The translations under genes were made by a program, and so were the position numbers. Shown here one piece after another: positions 37,342 to 45,460 of a stretch of DNA of 64,000 nt. The notes under the pieces were generated by a model. It worked only from the letters and a program-made list of their open reading frames with translations, did no database searches and was not told where the DNA came from. This DNA comes from Nitrososphaerota archaeon (GTDB lineage: Archaea > Thermoproteota > Nitrososphaeria_A > Caldarchaeales > Caldarchaeaceae): the NCBI GenBank assembly GCA_041641305.1, contig JBEPYN010000001.1, positions 704,001-768,000 of the forward strand, given 5' to 3'. Position 1 is the stretch's first letter. Each line of letters begins with the position of its first letter.

Positions 37342-38832
37342 TTGGCTGGAGTGGACTGGAACGGTGTGAAGCTGGAGCAGATTGGGTTGGTGGCGAGCCC
37401 GAGTGGAGAGAACGGCGCGATGTGTATTCTCCAGGATGGTATGGAGACGAAGGTCACGACCGAGACGCTTGTCCTCATCGAGAACAGAAACGGAAACAAA
37501 ATTCTCGCGATCTGCCGCAGCGGAATAGGCAGCAACGACTCCCTCAAGACAAACGTCTACAACCCGGGTGTGGCGTATGCGAAGACGGGGAAGGGCCCGA
37601 GCACCGCGAAAGAATTCTTCGGCTACCATCTAGTCGTCATCGGCGACGTGACTGATGGCACGATAAAGCCTAACAGGCTGATCATAGCGCCTGCGTCAAA
37701 GGTGTACAGGTTTGACGAGGGCTTCAACCCTATGGAGCTAATGGGTGGAACCGGGCTCACCCTCGGCTACTATGCGACAGGCACACCCGAGTGGAAAATC
37801 CCCGTGCTCAAGGAATACATCACCCACCACATCGGCGTATTCGGCGTAACCGGCTCAGGCAAATCCTACCTCACCCGATACCAGCTCATCCCCCACCTCA
37901 GACAAGCAGGCTTCGACGTCCTAATCTTCGACTGGAAAGGCAGCGACTACGCACCATACTACAGCGACGTCATCAACATGGGCGACATACTGCTCGACGA
38001 CGAATCCACACTCTCGTTTCTACTGGAGCGGGTCAACTACTTCGGCGGAGGCAGTACCGGGCAAAAGCTCGCCGAATATTTGGAACAGGTCATCGCAGAA
38101 GGTAAATGGAGAGGAAAAACAGCCGACGAGGCCCTCGAAACCATAACAAACGAGCTATACAGGATAATTACGGAGGACAATCCAGGTAAATCTCCTAATC
38201 AACCCAGTCACTGGGCCAACATATATCTGCGGAAAGCCCAACGCTACATGAACAGGCTCGACGAGGAAGATATCAAGCCGCTGCTGGGCACACTCACCGC
38301 CGAGGAGATTGTCGCAAAGCTTCGTGAAAAACATCTTGTCACAATCGATTTGAGCTACGGCTCCAAGGAGCAGAAGCTAAGCATCTTCCTATCTATCGTG
38401 GGTTATCTGAAGAGGTTGATGGAGGAGAAAAACAGGTTGAACATAGCCTTGGTTGTGGACGAGGCTCCTCAATACTGTCCATGGAACCCGAAAGGCATAG
38501 AGGAGGAGGCCACACGCGCCATAATGAGCATAGCTGCTCTCGGCAGATCCTACGGCCTATCCATCACCTTGATTTCGCAGGGGATTGCGGGTGAGATAGG
38601 TGTAAACGCCGCCGTCAGAAGAAACCTCAACACACTTTTCATAGGAAAAATCCATCCACTCGACGTGCCGGAGGCAGAGAGATTCTTCGCCACGACTCTG
38701 GTGGATTCTTCCAGTCTTCTAAGGCTGCCCGAAGGCCATTTCTACATGATCGGGAAGATGAACCCTTCGCCTGTGCCGCTGCTGCTGACGTTTGAGATAC
38801 CTGAAGAGGAGAAAACAGTTGGCAGGCGCTGA
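37342..38832 (+). CDS. HerA-like (DUF87) helicase/ATPase
   Basis: N-terminal HAS-barrel-like region, HIGVFGVTGSGKS, IFDWKG, VVDEA, GRSYG, ISQ. Confidence 0.87.
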   Translation: MAGVDWNGVKLEQIGLVASPSGENGAMCILQDGMETKVTTETLVLIENRNGNKILAICRSGIGSNDSLKTNVYNPGVAYAKTGKGPSTAKEFFGYHLVVIGDVTDGTIKPNRLIIAPASKVYRFDEGFNPMELMGGTGLTLGYYATGTPEWKIPVLKEYITHHIGVFGVTGSGKSYLTRYQLIPHLRQAGFDVLIFDWKGSDYAPYYSDVINMGDILLDDESTLSFLLERVNYFGGGSTGQKLAEYLEQVIAEGKWRGKTADEALETITNELYRIITEDNPGKSPNQPSHWANIYLRKAQRYMNRLDEEDIKPLLGTLTAEEIVAKLREKHLVTIDLSYGSKEQKLSIFLSIVGYLKRLMEEKNRLNIALVVDEAPQYCPWNPKGIEEEATRAIMSIAALGRSYGLSITLISQGIAGEIGVNAAVRRNLNTLFIGKIHPLDVPEAERFFATTLVDSSSLLRLPEGHFYMIGKMNPSPVPLLLTFEIPEEEKTVGRR

Positions 38833-40099
38833 AGAGTTACCCGACTTCCTCAAGATACCTAAGCCGCTTCAGGAAAAATTCTTCACCGCCGTCGAGGAGG
38901 AGGTCAACAACCTCATCCCCCAGATTAAAAGATTCTCCGAAGCCGTGGCCCGTGTCAGGAAAGAATTGTCAAAGGGAATCAGTAGGATACGTGACTCCGG
39001 CCGCTGGCGCGACATGCTGGTCTGTGCGGTGGATGGCTCCGATGTCCCCGCCCTCGACGATAGAATAGGTGTGAGATACGGGTTATACGCCGTCGCATAC
39101 AAAATGTTCAGGGGAATTGATGCTCTCGACGGTGGTGAGGGATATTTCGGCGACAAGCTTCCAGGAAAAATAAGCATGCGTCGCGAAACTTTTCTCAAGC
39201 TTCTCGACCTCCTCACCACCTACTATGAGAGGCTTACGGCGAAAACCCTGCTAGACATCAGGAAACCTGACCTGATAATTGTGGACGGCAGCTTCTTCGG
39301 CTACAGAGCAGGATGCAGCATAGTGAAGAAAGATCCTCTCAACTGGCGTGACCCGGTGACGGGGAAAAGGTTTGACACCGTGTTCGACCTCATAAGCGAG
39401 ATCAACAGTTTGACCGTGGCGCTTCTCGAAAGCGGGAGAGCTGCAGGCGTGATTAAGAGGGTGCCTACTGCGGCGATAGACGGCTACCTATGCTACCGCT
39501 ATGGCCTCGAGATGGGGCTGGATATGAGCGACAGATCCATCCTCTCGCATCTGATGAAACGGGGCGAGGTCTTTGATTACGAGGAGATTTTCGGACCTGA
39601 TGTGAGATACGATGTCTTCACATGGTTTAGGACCGCGGCACTCGAGAAATCCCTTGCAAAAAAAGGTGCAGACGCTGTGTTGAAAAAAGCCGAGCAAAGA
39701 GTAAAGGTGCAGCTCGTCGCGGACTTGACCAACTGGCCGGGAGGCAGAAGCCCAAGCTGGACACAGTATGCGCAAGACCCCGTAGTCAAGGCTGTGAGAA
39801 GCACTCGGCGAGTCTTCATAAAAACTGTGGATGATATTCCGCCTATTTGTGTCGAGTTCTCTGAGAGGACTTCGCGGGAGATGGCTGAGGATGTGCTGGC
39901 CTACATCTATGCCACGGCCAACCCTGCGACGGGGCTGCCGATTGTACTCGACCTTGTGGATGATCTTGTCTCTCTTCCGCGTGGAATTGGCCGAGAGTTT
40001 GTGAACGAGATTGAGGCGGAGCTTCTCCGCCGGGGGATGAGTAAGGAGAGCCTTACCGCCATCTTCAGCCGCTACAACCCGCAGAAAGACGAGCCCTAG
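38819..40099 (+). CDS. NurA-family nuclease
   Basis: CAVDGS, IIVDGS, GVIKR, C-terminal GLPIVLDLVD; overlaps the herA stop. Confidence 0.78.
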   Translation: MAGAEELPDFLKIPKPLQEKFFTAVEEEVNNLIPQIKRFSEAVARVRKELSKGISRIRDSGRWRDMLVCAVDGSDVPALDDRIGVRYGLYAVAYKMFRGIDALDGGEGYFGDKLPGKISMRRETFLKLLDLLTTYYERLTAKTLLDIRKPDLIIVDGSFFGYRAGCSIVKKDPLNWRDPVTGKRFDTVFDLISEINSLTVALLESGRAAGVIKRVPTAAIDGYLCYRYGLEMGLDMSDRSILSHLMKRGEVFDYEEIFGPDVRYDVFTWFRTAALEKSLAKKGADAVLKKAEQRVKVQLVADLTNWPGGRSPSWTQYAQDPVVKAVRSTRRVFIKTVDDIPPICVEFSERTSREMAEDVLAYIYATANPATGLPIVLDLVDDLVSLPRGIGREFVNEIEAELLRRGMSKESLTAIFSRYNPQKDEP

Positions 40100-40111
40100 G
40101 GGTGTTGAGCC

Positions 40112-41026
40112 ATGTCGGTCACAAATCTCGGCCTAAGCGTCTTACTGCTTTTTATCTCTACATGGTTATTTGTCGACGGGGTTGAGGTTTTAGCCGCCAG
40201 GCTCAGGCTTACCAGGTTTGCTGCAGGAGCGTTGTTGGCCGCCATGTTGACAGCTATACCCGAGACGTTAATAGCAATGATATCTTATTTTCAACAAAAT
40301 TCTTCATCAGAGCTTGTTGGTGCTGGAAGTGTTATAGCAGCTCCCTCGATCACCCTTCTAATTGGGGCGCCTTTAGTAGCACTCTTTGTAAAGAATATCT
40401 CGGTCAGCAACGGTGTCGCGAAAAACTATGTCTACTTCATTGTATTTTTCACTTTGGCTATACTTCTTTCACAGTTTAACTTAGGCTCTTCCAGATACCT
40501 ATTCGGCTTGGTGTTTTTCCTCGTCTTTATTTATCTCGCTCGCTCTATATATGTTGAAGAGGGTGAGGAATTCGAGGTTGAAAGAATTGCGCTTGTTGAG
40601 AAGATTATTCAGAAAAACACTTGGCTTGTTGCTTCTCAGACTGGGTTGGCGGCGGCTGGGCTCTTCTATGGTTCAGATTTGTTCATAGATGCAGTTGCAA
40701 TGGCCGCACACCCGTTTGCGCTTACTTTGTTGGTTTCACCACTGGCAACATGTTTAGGGGAGATATTGTTGTCTTTCTATTGGCTGTTAAAAAATAGGGC
40801 CGACATCGCTTTAAGCCTTCTTTCGGGGGAAAACGCTATCCAGTCAACTTTTGTAATGAGTGTTGGGCTGGTTTTTACCAGATGGAGTTTTCCGCCGTCG
40901 GTGTTCAGCATCACCTTAGTTTATTTGACAGGGGCTGCTATCCTCTCGCTTCTTGTTTACAAAAAGAGGTTCAAGTTTGCTGCTGTGGTTCTACTGCTTT
41001 ATCCGTTTTACTTGCTTGCGGCATAG
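40112..41026 (+). CDS. Na+/Ca2+ exchanger family (CaCA) membrane protein
   Basis: About 10 TMs; alpha repeats TAIPE...GS and TCLGE...GEN; AT-rich. Confidence 0.78.
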   Translation: MSVTNLGLSVLLLFISTWLFVDGVEVLAARLRLTRFAAGALLAAMLTAIPETLIAMISYFQQNSSSELVGAGSVIAAPSITLLIGAPLVALFVKNISVSNGVAKNYVYFIVFFTLAILLSQFNLGSSRYLFGLVFFLVFIYLARSIYVEEGEEFEVERIALVEKIIQKNTWLVASQTGLAAAGLFYGSDLFIDAVAMAAHPFALTLLVSPLATCLGEILLSFYWLLKNRADIALSLLSGENAIQSTFVMSVGLVFTRWSFPPSVFSITLVYLTGAAILSLLVYKKRFKFAAVVLLLYPFYLLAA

Positions 41027-42921
41027 TGTTTCTTTGCTCTCTCTATAGTGTTTACTACCAGGCTGTGGAGCTGTTTACCGTCTATTTTTCCGCGGTATTT
41101 CTTCATCAGGTCGCCCATAAGTTTGTTGACGAGCCTTGGGTCACCTGCTTCGGCGGCATGTTTTTGGACAAGCTCCTCAACCTCCCTCTCAAGCTCCCTC
41201 GACGAAACAGGTGCGAGACCGAGGCTTTTCACAGCCTCCTCGACAGATGCCTCGAGGTTCTTTGACATCCAGCCAAGTATTTCCAGTAAAGCCTCTTTCG
41301 AGAAAAGGCCCGCGGCAAGTGAGTGGAATATTTCGGAGAGCTTCTGGTCTGATAGGTTTTGGACGGGATAGCCTTCGCGGCGGAGGTTTCTCATTGATTC
41401 GGTGAGGGCTGCGGCGACGACCGTGGCTGGGAGACCGGTTGCATGGACAATTTGCTCAAAGAGTTCCTCTTTTTCCTCATCTATCAGGGCTTGGACAAGC
41501 TGGCTGCTTAGGCTGTATGTTTTTGCGAGTCTCTCCGCTGTTTGCTCAAGTGTTTCGGGGAGGCTGCTGAGGATTTTCTCCAGGTGTTGGCGGGTTACTG
41601 GGAGAGGCGGTATGTCTGTCTCGGGATACATCCGTGCGGAGCCGGGCCGCGGCCTCATGTAAACCGTCAACCCATCAGGCCTGGCTGCACGCGTCTCACC
41701 GGGAACACCCTCAACCGCCTGCACAGCCCTCTCATAAACCGCTCTCAAAGCCTCCAACGCCCTGGCCTCTTCGTCGACAACCATGACCACGGCGTCCTGC
41801 TCATCGGCCTGTACAGCCTCTCTTAGCAGCTTAACCTCCTCCTCTGTGATGCCGTAGGCGGGCAGCTCATCTGTATGCAGTATTCCCTCTACCTCGGCCC
41901 ATGCCTTCGCATGTCCTGCGAGCTCGGCTCCCAGCCTAATGCCTTTCACAGGCTCCTTGGATAACAGGCCCGCGAACTTCACCAGCTTTACCGCGTATGC
42001 TTTACCGCCCGCCTCCAGCTTCTTCCTCAACATCGAGGATTTGGTGTTTTGGAAAATGTGTGTCACATCGATGAATTTTGGAGGTGGTAGCGGCTGGCCT
42101 CCGAGACGTCTCCTCAGCTCCTCGGCGGCCTCGAGCAGATGTAGCTGCCTCTTCACCTCGAGCTCCACAACAAGAGGTATCAGCTCAAGCTCCTGAACAC
42201 CCTTGATCTCGGTAACAGCGCCTCCCGATATCGAGACGTTAAGGTCCTGCCTAACAGTCCCGATCCCGCGCTTCACCCGCCGCGTGGCGCGCAGAACCCT
42301 GCCAATCGCCTGAGCAACCCTCGCAGCCTCCTGAGGAGAGCTAATCACAGGAGCGGTCGCAATCTCAATCAAGGGAATGCCCAGCCGCGACAAATCATAC
42401 TCGACAACTCCTCTACTCGTGGAAACTATCTTGGCCGCATCCTCCTCAAGCGTCACGGTCTGTATCGGGATTTTCTTCCCGTCGACAACAAGCTCGCCGC
42501 CCAGAGCCACGATGCATGTCCTCTGAAAACCGGAGGTGTTGGAGCCGTCTATCACTATTTTCCGCATAACATGGATTTCGTCGACCGGTGTTGCTTTGAG
42601 AAGCGCGGCCACCCTGAGAGCTGTTTCGACTGCTTCGGGGTTAAGCTCATGCGGCGGCTCCTCATCCATCTCGACCAGGCAGACATTTGCCGGGTTGATG
42701 TGATAGATTATTTTCTTCCTTTTCTTTGATTCGAATAGTGCCGCGGGGTCGATTTCGCCCAGCTCGCTCTGAGCTTCTCTGAGGTAACGTGTTATCTTGA
42801 TTACGGAGCCTTCGACGGGTTCTGTTGGGCAGTCGCAGAAGAGCTTCCGCGCTGTGTCGAGCTGTCTGTGAACCTCGAGACCGACTTTCAGCCCAAGCTT
42901 GTCATACAAATTCTGTCTCAC
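41008..42921 (-). CDS. gatE: Glutamyl-tRNA(Gln) amidotransferase subunit E
   Basis: GLKVGLEVHRQL, DGSNTSGFQRT, LEEDAA, RQDLNVSI, RMYPETD. Confidence 0.97.
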   Translation of the reverse strand: MRQNLYDKLGLKVGLEVHRQLDTARKLFCDCPTEPVEGSVIKITRYLREAQSELGEIDPAALFESKKRKKIIYHINPANVCLVEMDEEPPHELNPEAVETALRVAALLKATPVDEIHVMRKIVIDGSNTSGFQRTCIVALGGELVVDGKKIPIQTVTLEEDAAKIVSTSRGVVEYDLSRLGIPLIEIATAPVISSPQEAARVAQAIGRVLRATRRVKRGIGTVRQDLNVSISGGAVTEIKGVQELELIPLVVELEVKRQLHLLEAAEELRRRLGGQPLPPPKFIDVTHIFQNTKSSMLRKKLEAGGKAYAVKLVKFAGLLSKEPVKGIRLGAELAGHAKAWAEVEGILHTDELPAYGITEEEVKLLREAVQADEQDAVVMVVDEEARALEALRAVYERAVQAVEGVPGETRAARPDGLTVYMRPRPGSARMYPETDIPPLPVTRQHLEKILSSLPETLEQTAERLAKTYSLSSQLVQALIDEEKEELFEQIVHATGLPATVVAAALTESMRNLRREGYPVQNLSDQKLSEIFHSLAAGLFSKEALLEILGWMSKNLEASVEEAVKSLGLAPVSSRELEREVEELVQKHAAEAGDPRLVNKLMGDLMKKYRGKIDGKQLHSLVVNTIERAKKHYAASK

Positions 42922-44257
42922 CTGTGAAAACCGGCTGTGGCCCTGTTCTTCCCCCGATTTCGCCGCAGATGTCGCGTAGCATGAGGCTTTTCACTTCTTC
43001 ATACGTGGCTTTCTCGCCCAGTTTTCCGAGAACCCACATCAGCTTAACCAACGCGGTCTCGGGCAGCATGTTGTCCAGAGGGATAACACCCGCTCTCATC
43101 AGGTCTCTCCCGTTCTCGTAAACGTTCATGTTCACGCGTCCAAACCTGCACTGACTCGTCATCCCCACGAAAACACCCTTTTCCCTCAGCTTCTTCAACA
43201 CCGGCACGAAGCTTGTGGCCACGTGGCCCAACCCCGTCCCCTCGAGAATCACGCCACGCAAACCCATCCTCTCAACCAAAAGCTCCAACGCCTCCGGCTT
43301 CATGCCCGGGAAAAACTTCACAAGCATAACCCTCTCGTCGAACACGGGCTGGAACACGTATCCATGCTCTCCTCTCTTGTGGAACCTGGTGGTGAGGAGT
43401 TTGAGGCCCTGGGGTGTTTTGGCGGCGATTGGGCCTGCGTTGATAGACTGAAACGCTCCTCTGCTGCTTGTGTGGAGCTTGGCCACACGTGTCCCCCTAT
43501 GTATCAGGATGGTGTCATCACCGTGCCACGCATGCATGGCGACAACAACTTCAGCGAAGGGCGCCCACGCGGCAACCTCAACAGCCGTCAAAAGGTTCAG
43601 CGCCGCGTCGCTCGAAGGCCTGTCGGAGGAGCGCTGTGCACCGACGAGAACAACGGGCCCTGGCGGGTTCTGTAAAGCGAAGCTCAGGGCTGCGGCTGTG
43701 TAGCCCATGGTGTCGGTGCCGTGAGTTATGACGACGCCGTCAAAGCCTCTGCGGAAAAGCTCATCCACTTTCCGAGCAATCTCTGTCCAGTGGGCGGACG
43801 TCATGTTCTCGCTTACAACCTGCATCAGTATCTCCGTCGAGACGTTAGCCTTCTCAGCGATTTCGGGAACTATGCTGACGAGGTCGGATGCTGTGAGAGC
43901 GGGCTTTACTCCCCCTGTGCGGTAGTCTATTCTGCTGGCTATGGTTCCGCCTGTGTTGACGACCATGACGCGTGGCAGGTTTTCCCGGGGTGGGGCTGGC
44001 GGAGGTGGGTTGAAGGTGGGCGCGACGGCTGAAGAGAGTTTGCGTATCTGTGTAGAAGCGTCAACACGCACACCCATGTTGTAGCCGTTTGGAAGCTTCA
44101 AAACCAGAACATCCGGTTCCCCAAACTCGTAACGAGCCATCACAAACCCACGAAGCCTCAGCCCATTTCTAACAACCTCAACCTCGTCACCCAACCCCAC
44201 ACCAAGCCCTCTCAACACATCCGCAACAAACCCGCCGTAACCAAGTTCAGAAACCAT
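42902..44257 (-). CDS. gatD: Glutamyl-tRNA(Gln) amidotransferase subunit D
   Basis: LKLPNGYNMG, TGGTIASR, HGTDTM, QRSSDRPSSD. Confidence 0.96.
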   Translation of the reverse strand: MVSELGYGGFVADVLRGLGVGLGDEVEVVRNGLRLRGFVMARYEFGEPDVLVLKLPNGYNMGVRVDASTQIRKLSSAVAPTFNPPPPAPPRENLPRVMVVNTGGTIASRIDYRTGGVKPALTASDLVSIVPEIAEKANVSTEILMQVVSENMTSAHWTEIARKVDELFRRGFDGVVITHGTDTMGYTAAALSFALQNPPGPVVLVGAQRSSDRPSSDAALNLLTAVEVAAWAPFAEVVVAMHAWHGDDTILIHRGTRVAKLHTSSRGAFQSINAGPIAAKTPQGLKLLTTRFHKRGEHGYVFQPVFDERVMLVKFFPGMKPEALELLVERMGLRGVILEGTGLGHVATSFVPVLKKLREKGVFVGMTSQCRFGRVNMNVYENGRDLMRAGVIPLDNMLPETALVKLMWVLGKLGEKATYEEVKSLMLRDICGEIGGRTGPQPVFTGETEFV

Positions 44258-44292
44258 GCTGTCAAAACACCTCTCACCCATGATATAAATCG

Positions 44293-44574
44293 TCAAGAAT
44301 TAGGCTCATATCCCCTCAACAGCTCGACAAGCTGCACCAAGCTCCCGGCAACAGGGTTCTCTGGGTTGAGCATAATCATCTTCACGCTCCTAAGCTTCCT
44401 CTGATACACTATTCCCAGCTTCTCAAAATTGTTCACCACTATGATGACGGTTGAAGGGGCCAAGCCCGTGGCCCGTGCAAGGTACCGTAGGCTGAAGGCC
44501 TTTCCCGGGTTTTCGAGGAGAAACTGCAGTATCTTTGAGTGTGCTTTTGATGCGAAGAGGTCGTGTAGCTTCAA
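44293..44574 (-). CDS. Winged helix-turn-helix protein
   Basis: KILQFLLENP..FSLRYLARATGLAPSTV...EKLGIV. Confidence 0.8.
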   Translation of the reverse strand: MKLHDLFASKAHSKILQFLLENPGKAFSLRYLARATGLAPSTVIIVVNNFEKLGIVYQRKLRSVKMIMLNPENPVAGSLVQLVELLRGYEPNS

Positions 44575-44604
44575 CCCCGCGGGGGTAGGGCTGTCGGCAG
44601 CCTA

Positions 44605-45294
44605 TTAATCTGCTACTATTGTTCCCGCCTGCTTGCCTATGAGGGCTTGGCGGACGGCTTCGAGGTTGTTTCCGTTGACATAGTAGAGTGGTATGCGTGT
44701 CCGGAGGGCCATGGCGAGGCCTACTGCGTCGATAAGCTGGTAGTCGCCGGCGCGCTGCGAAACTTTTTGGCTGATTTCGGCGAGCTGTGCGAAGCTTATC
44801 CGAGGCAGAAGCTTTGCGTCGGGGTTTTTCTTCGGGTCATCGGTGTATACACCGTCCACGTCGCTTGCTACGACGACTCTCTCAGCCCCTATAACAGAGG
44901 CCGCGTGTATGCTGACGGCCATCGTCGACTGCCCCGCCTGCATACCTCCCGAGACAACAATCTTCCCAAACCCCGTCAAGTAACGTATCTCGTCAACCGT
45001 CGTCGGCACAGCTTGGACAGCGAGGTCTCCGAGAGCTCTCGCAAAGAAATAGGCATGCAGCCGCGTTACCTTGATCGCCGCCTCGTCACAAGTCGCCTCA
45101 TCTAGGCCGATTTTCCTCGCGGCCGCAATATAACGGCGTGCCTGTTCACCGCCGCCCACCACCACAACCCAGCGCCCACCATCAAACAACTCCCCCAGAA
45201 GCCTCACATACCCCATCAACAACTCCACATCAACACCCTCACCAAAAACAACATGCCCACCAAGCTTCAACACAACATTAACCACGCCAACCAC
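44605..45294 (-). CDS. pyrH: Uridylate kinase
   Basis: VLKLGG, VVVGGG, DVDGVYTDDPK. Confidence 0.93.
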   Translation of the reverse strand: MVGVVNVVLKLGGHVVFGEGVDVELLMGYVRLLGELFDGGRWVVVVGGGEQARRYIAAARKIGLDEATCDEAAIKVTRLHAYFFARALGDLAVQAVPTTVDEIRYLTGFGKIVVSGGMQAGQSTMAVSIHAASVIGAERVVVASDVDGVYTDDPKKNPDAKLLPRISFAQLAEISQKVSQRAGDYQLIDAVGLAMALRTRIPLYYVNGNNLEAVRQALIGKQAGTIVAD

Positions 45295-45460
45295 TCACGA
45301 AAAAGAAACAAGACTGCCATAAAAACACAAGCTGATTAAAATACTGATTGAAGTAGAGCTGCGGGGAAGGGTTTTATCGATGGGAAAAGTTGACGGCTTA
45401 GCGTGGAAGCCGTTAGAGAATTTGCTGAGAAAATACATGAACTGAATCTCGTGGGCTTGG

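Noticed and set aside
44575-44602. GC palindromes upstream of the wHTH gene
   Set aside because: Short and GC-rich, plausible by chance; no second copy seen.
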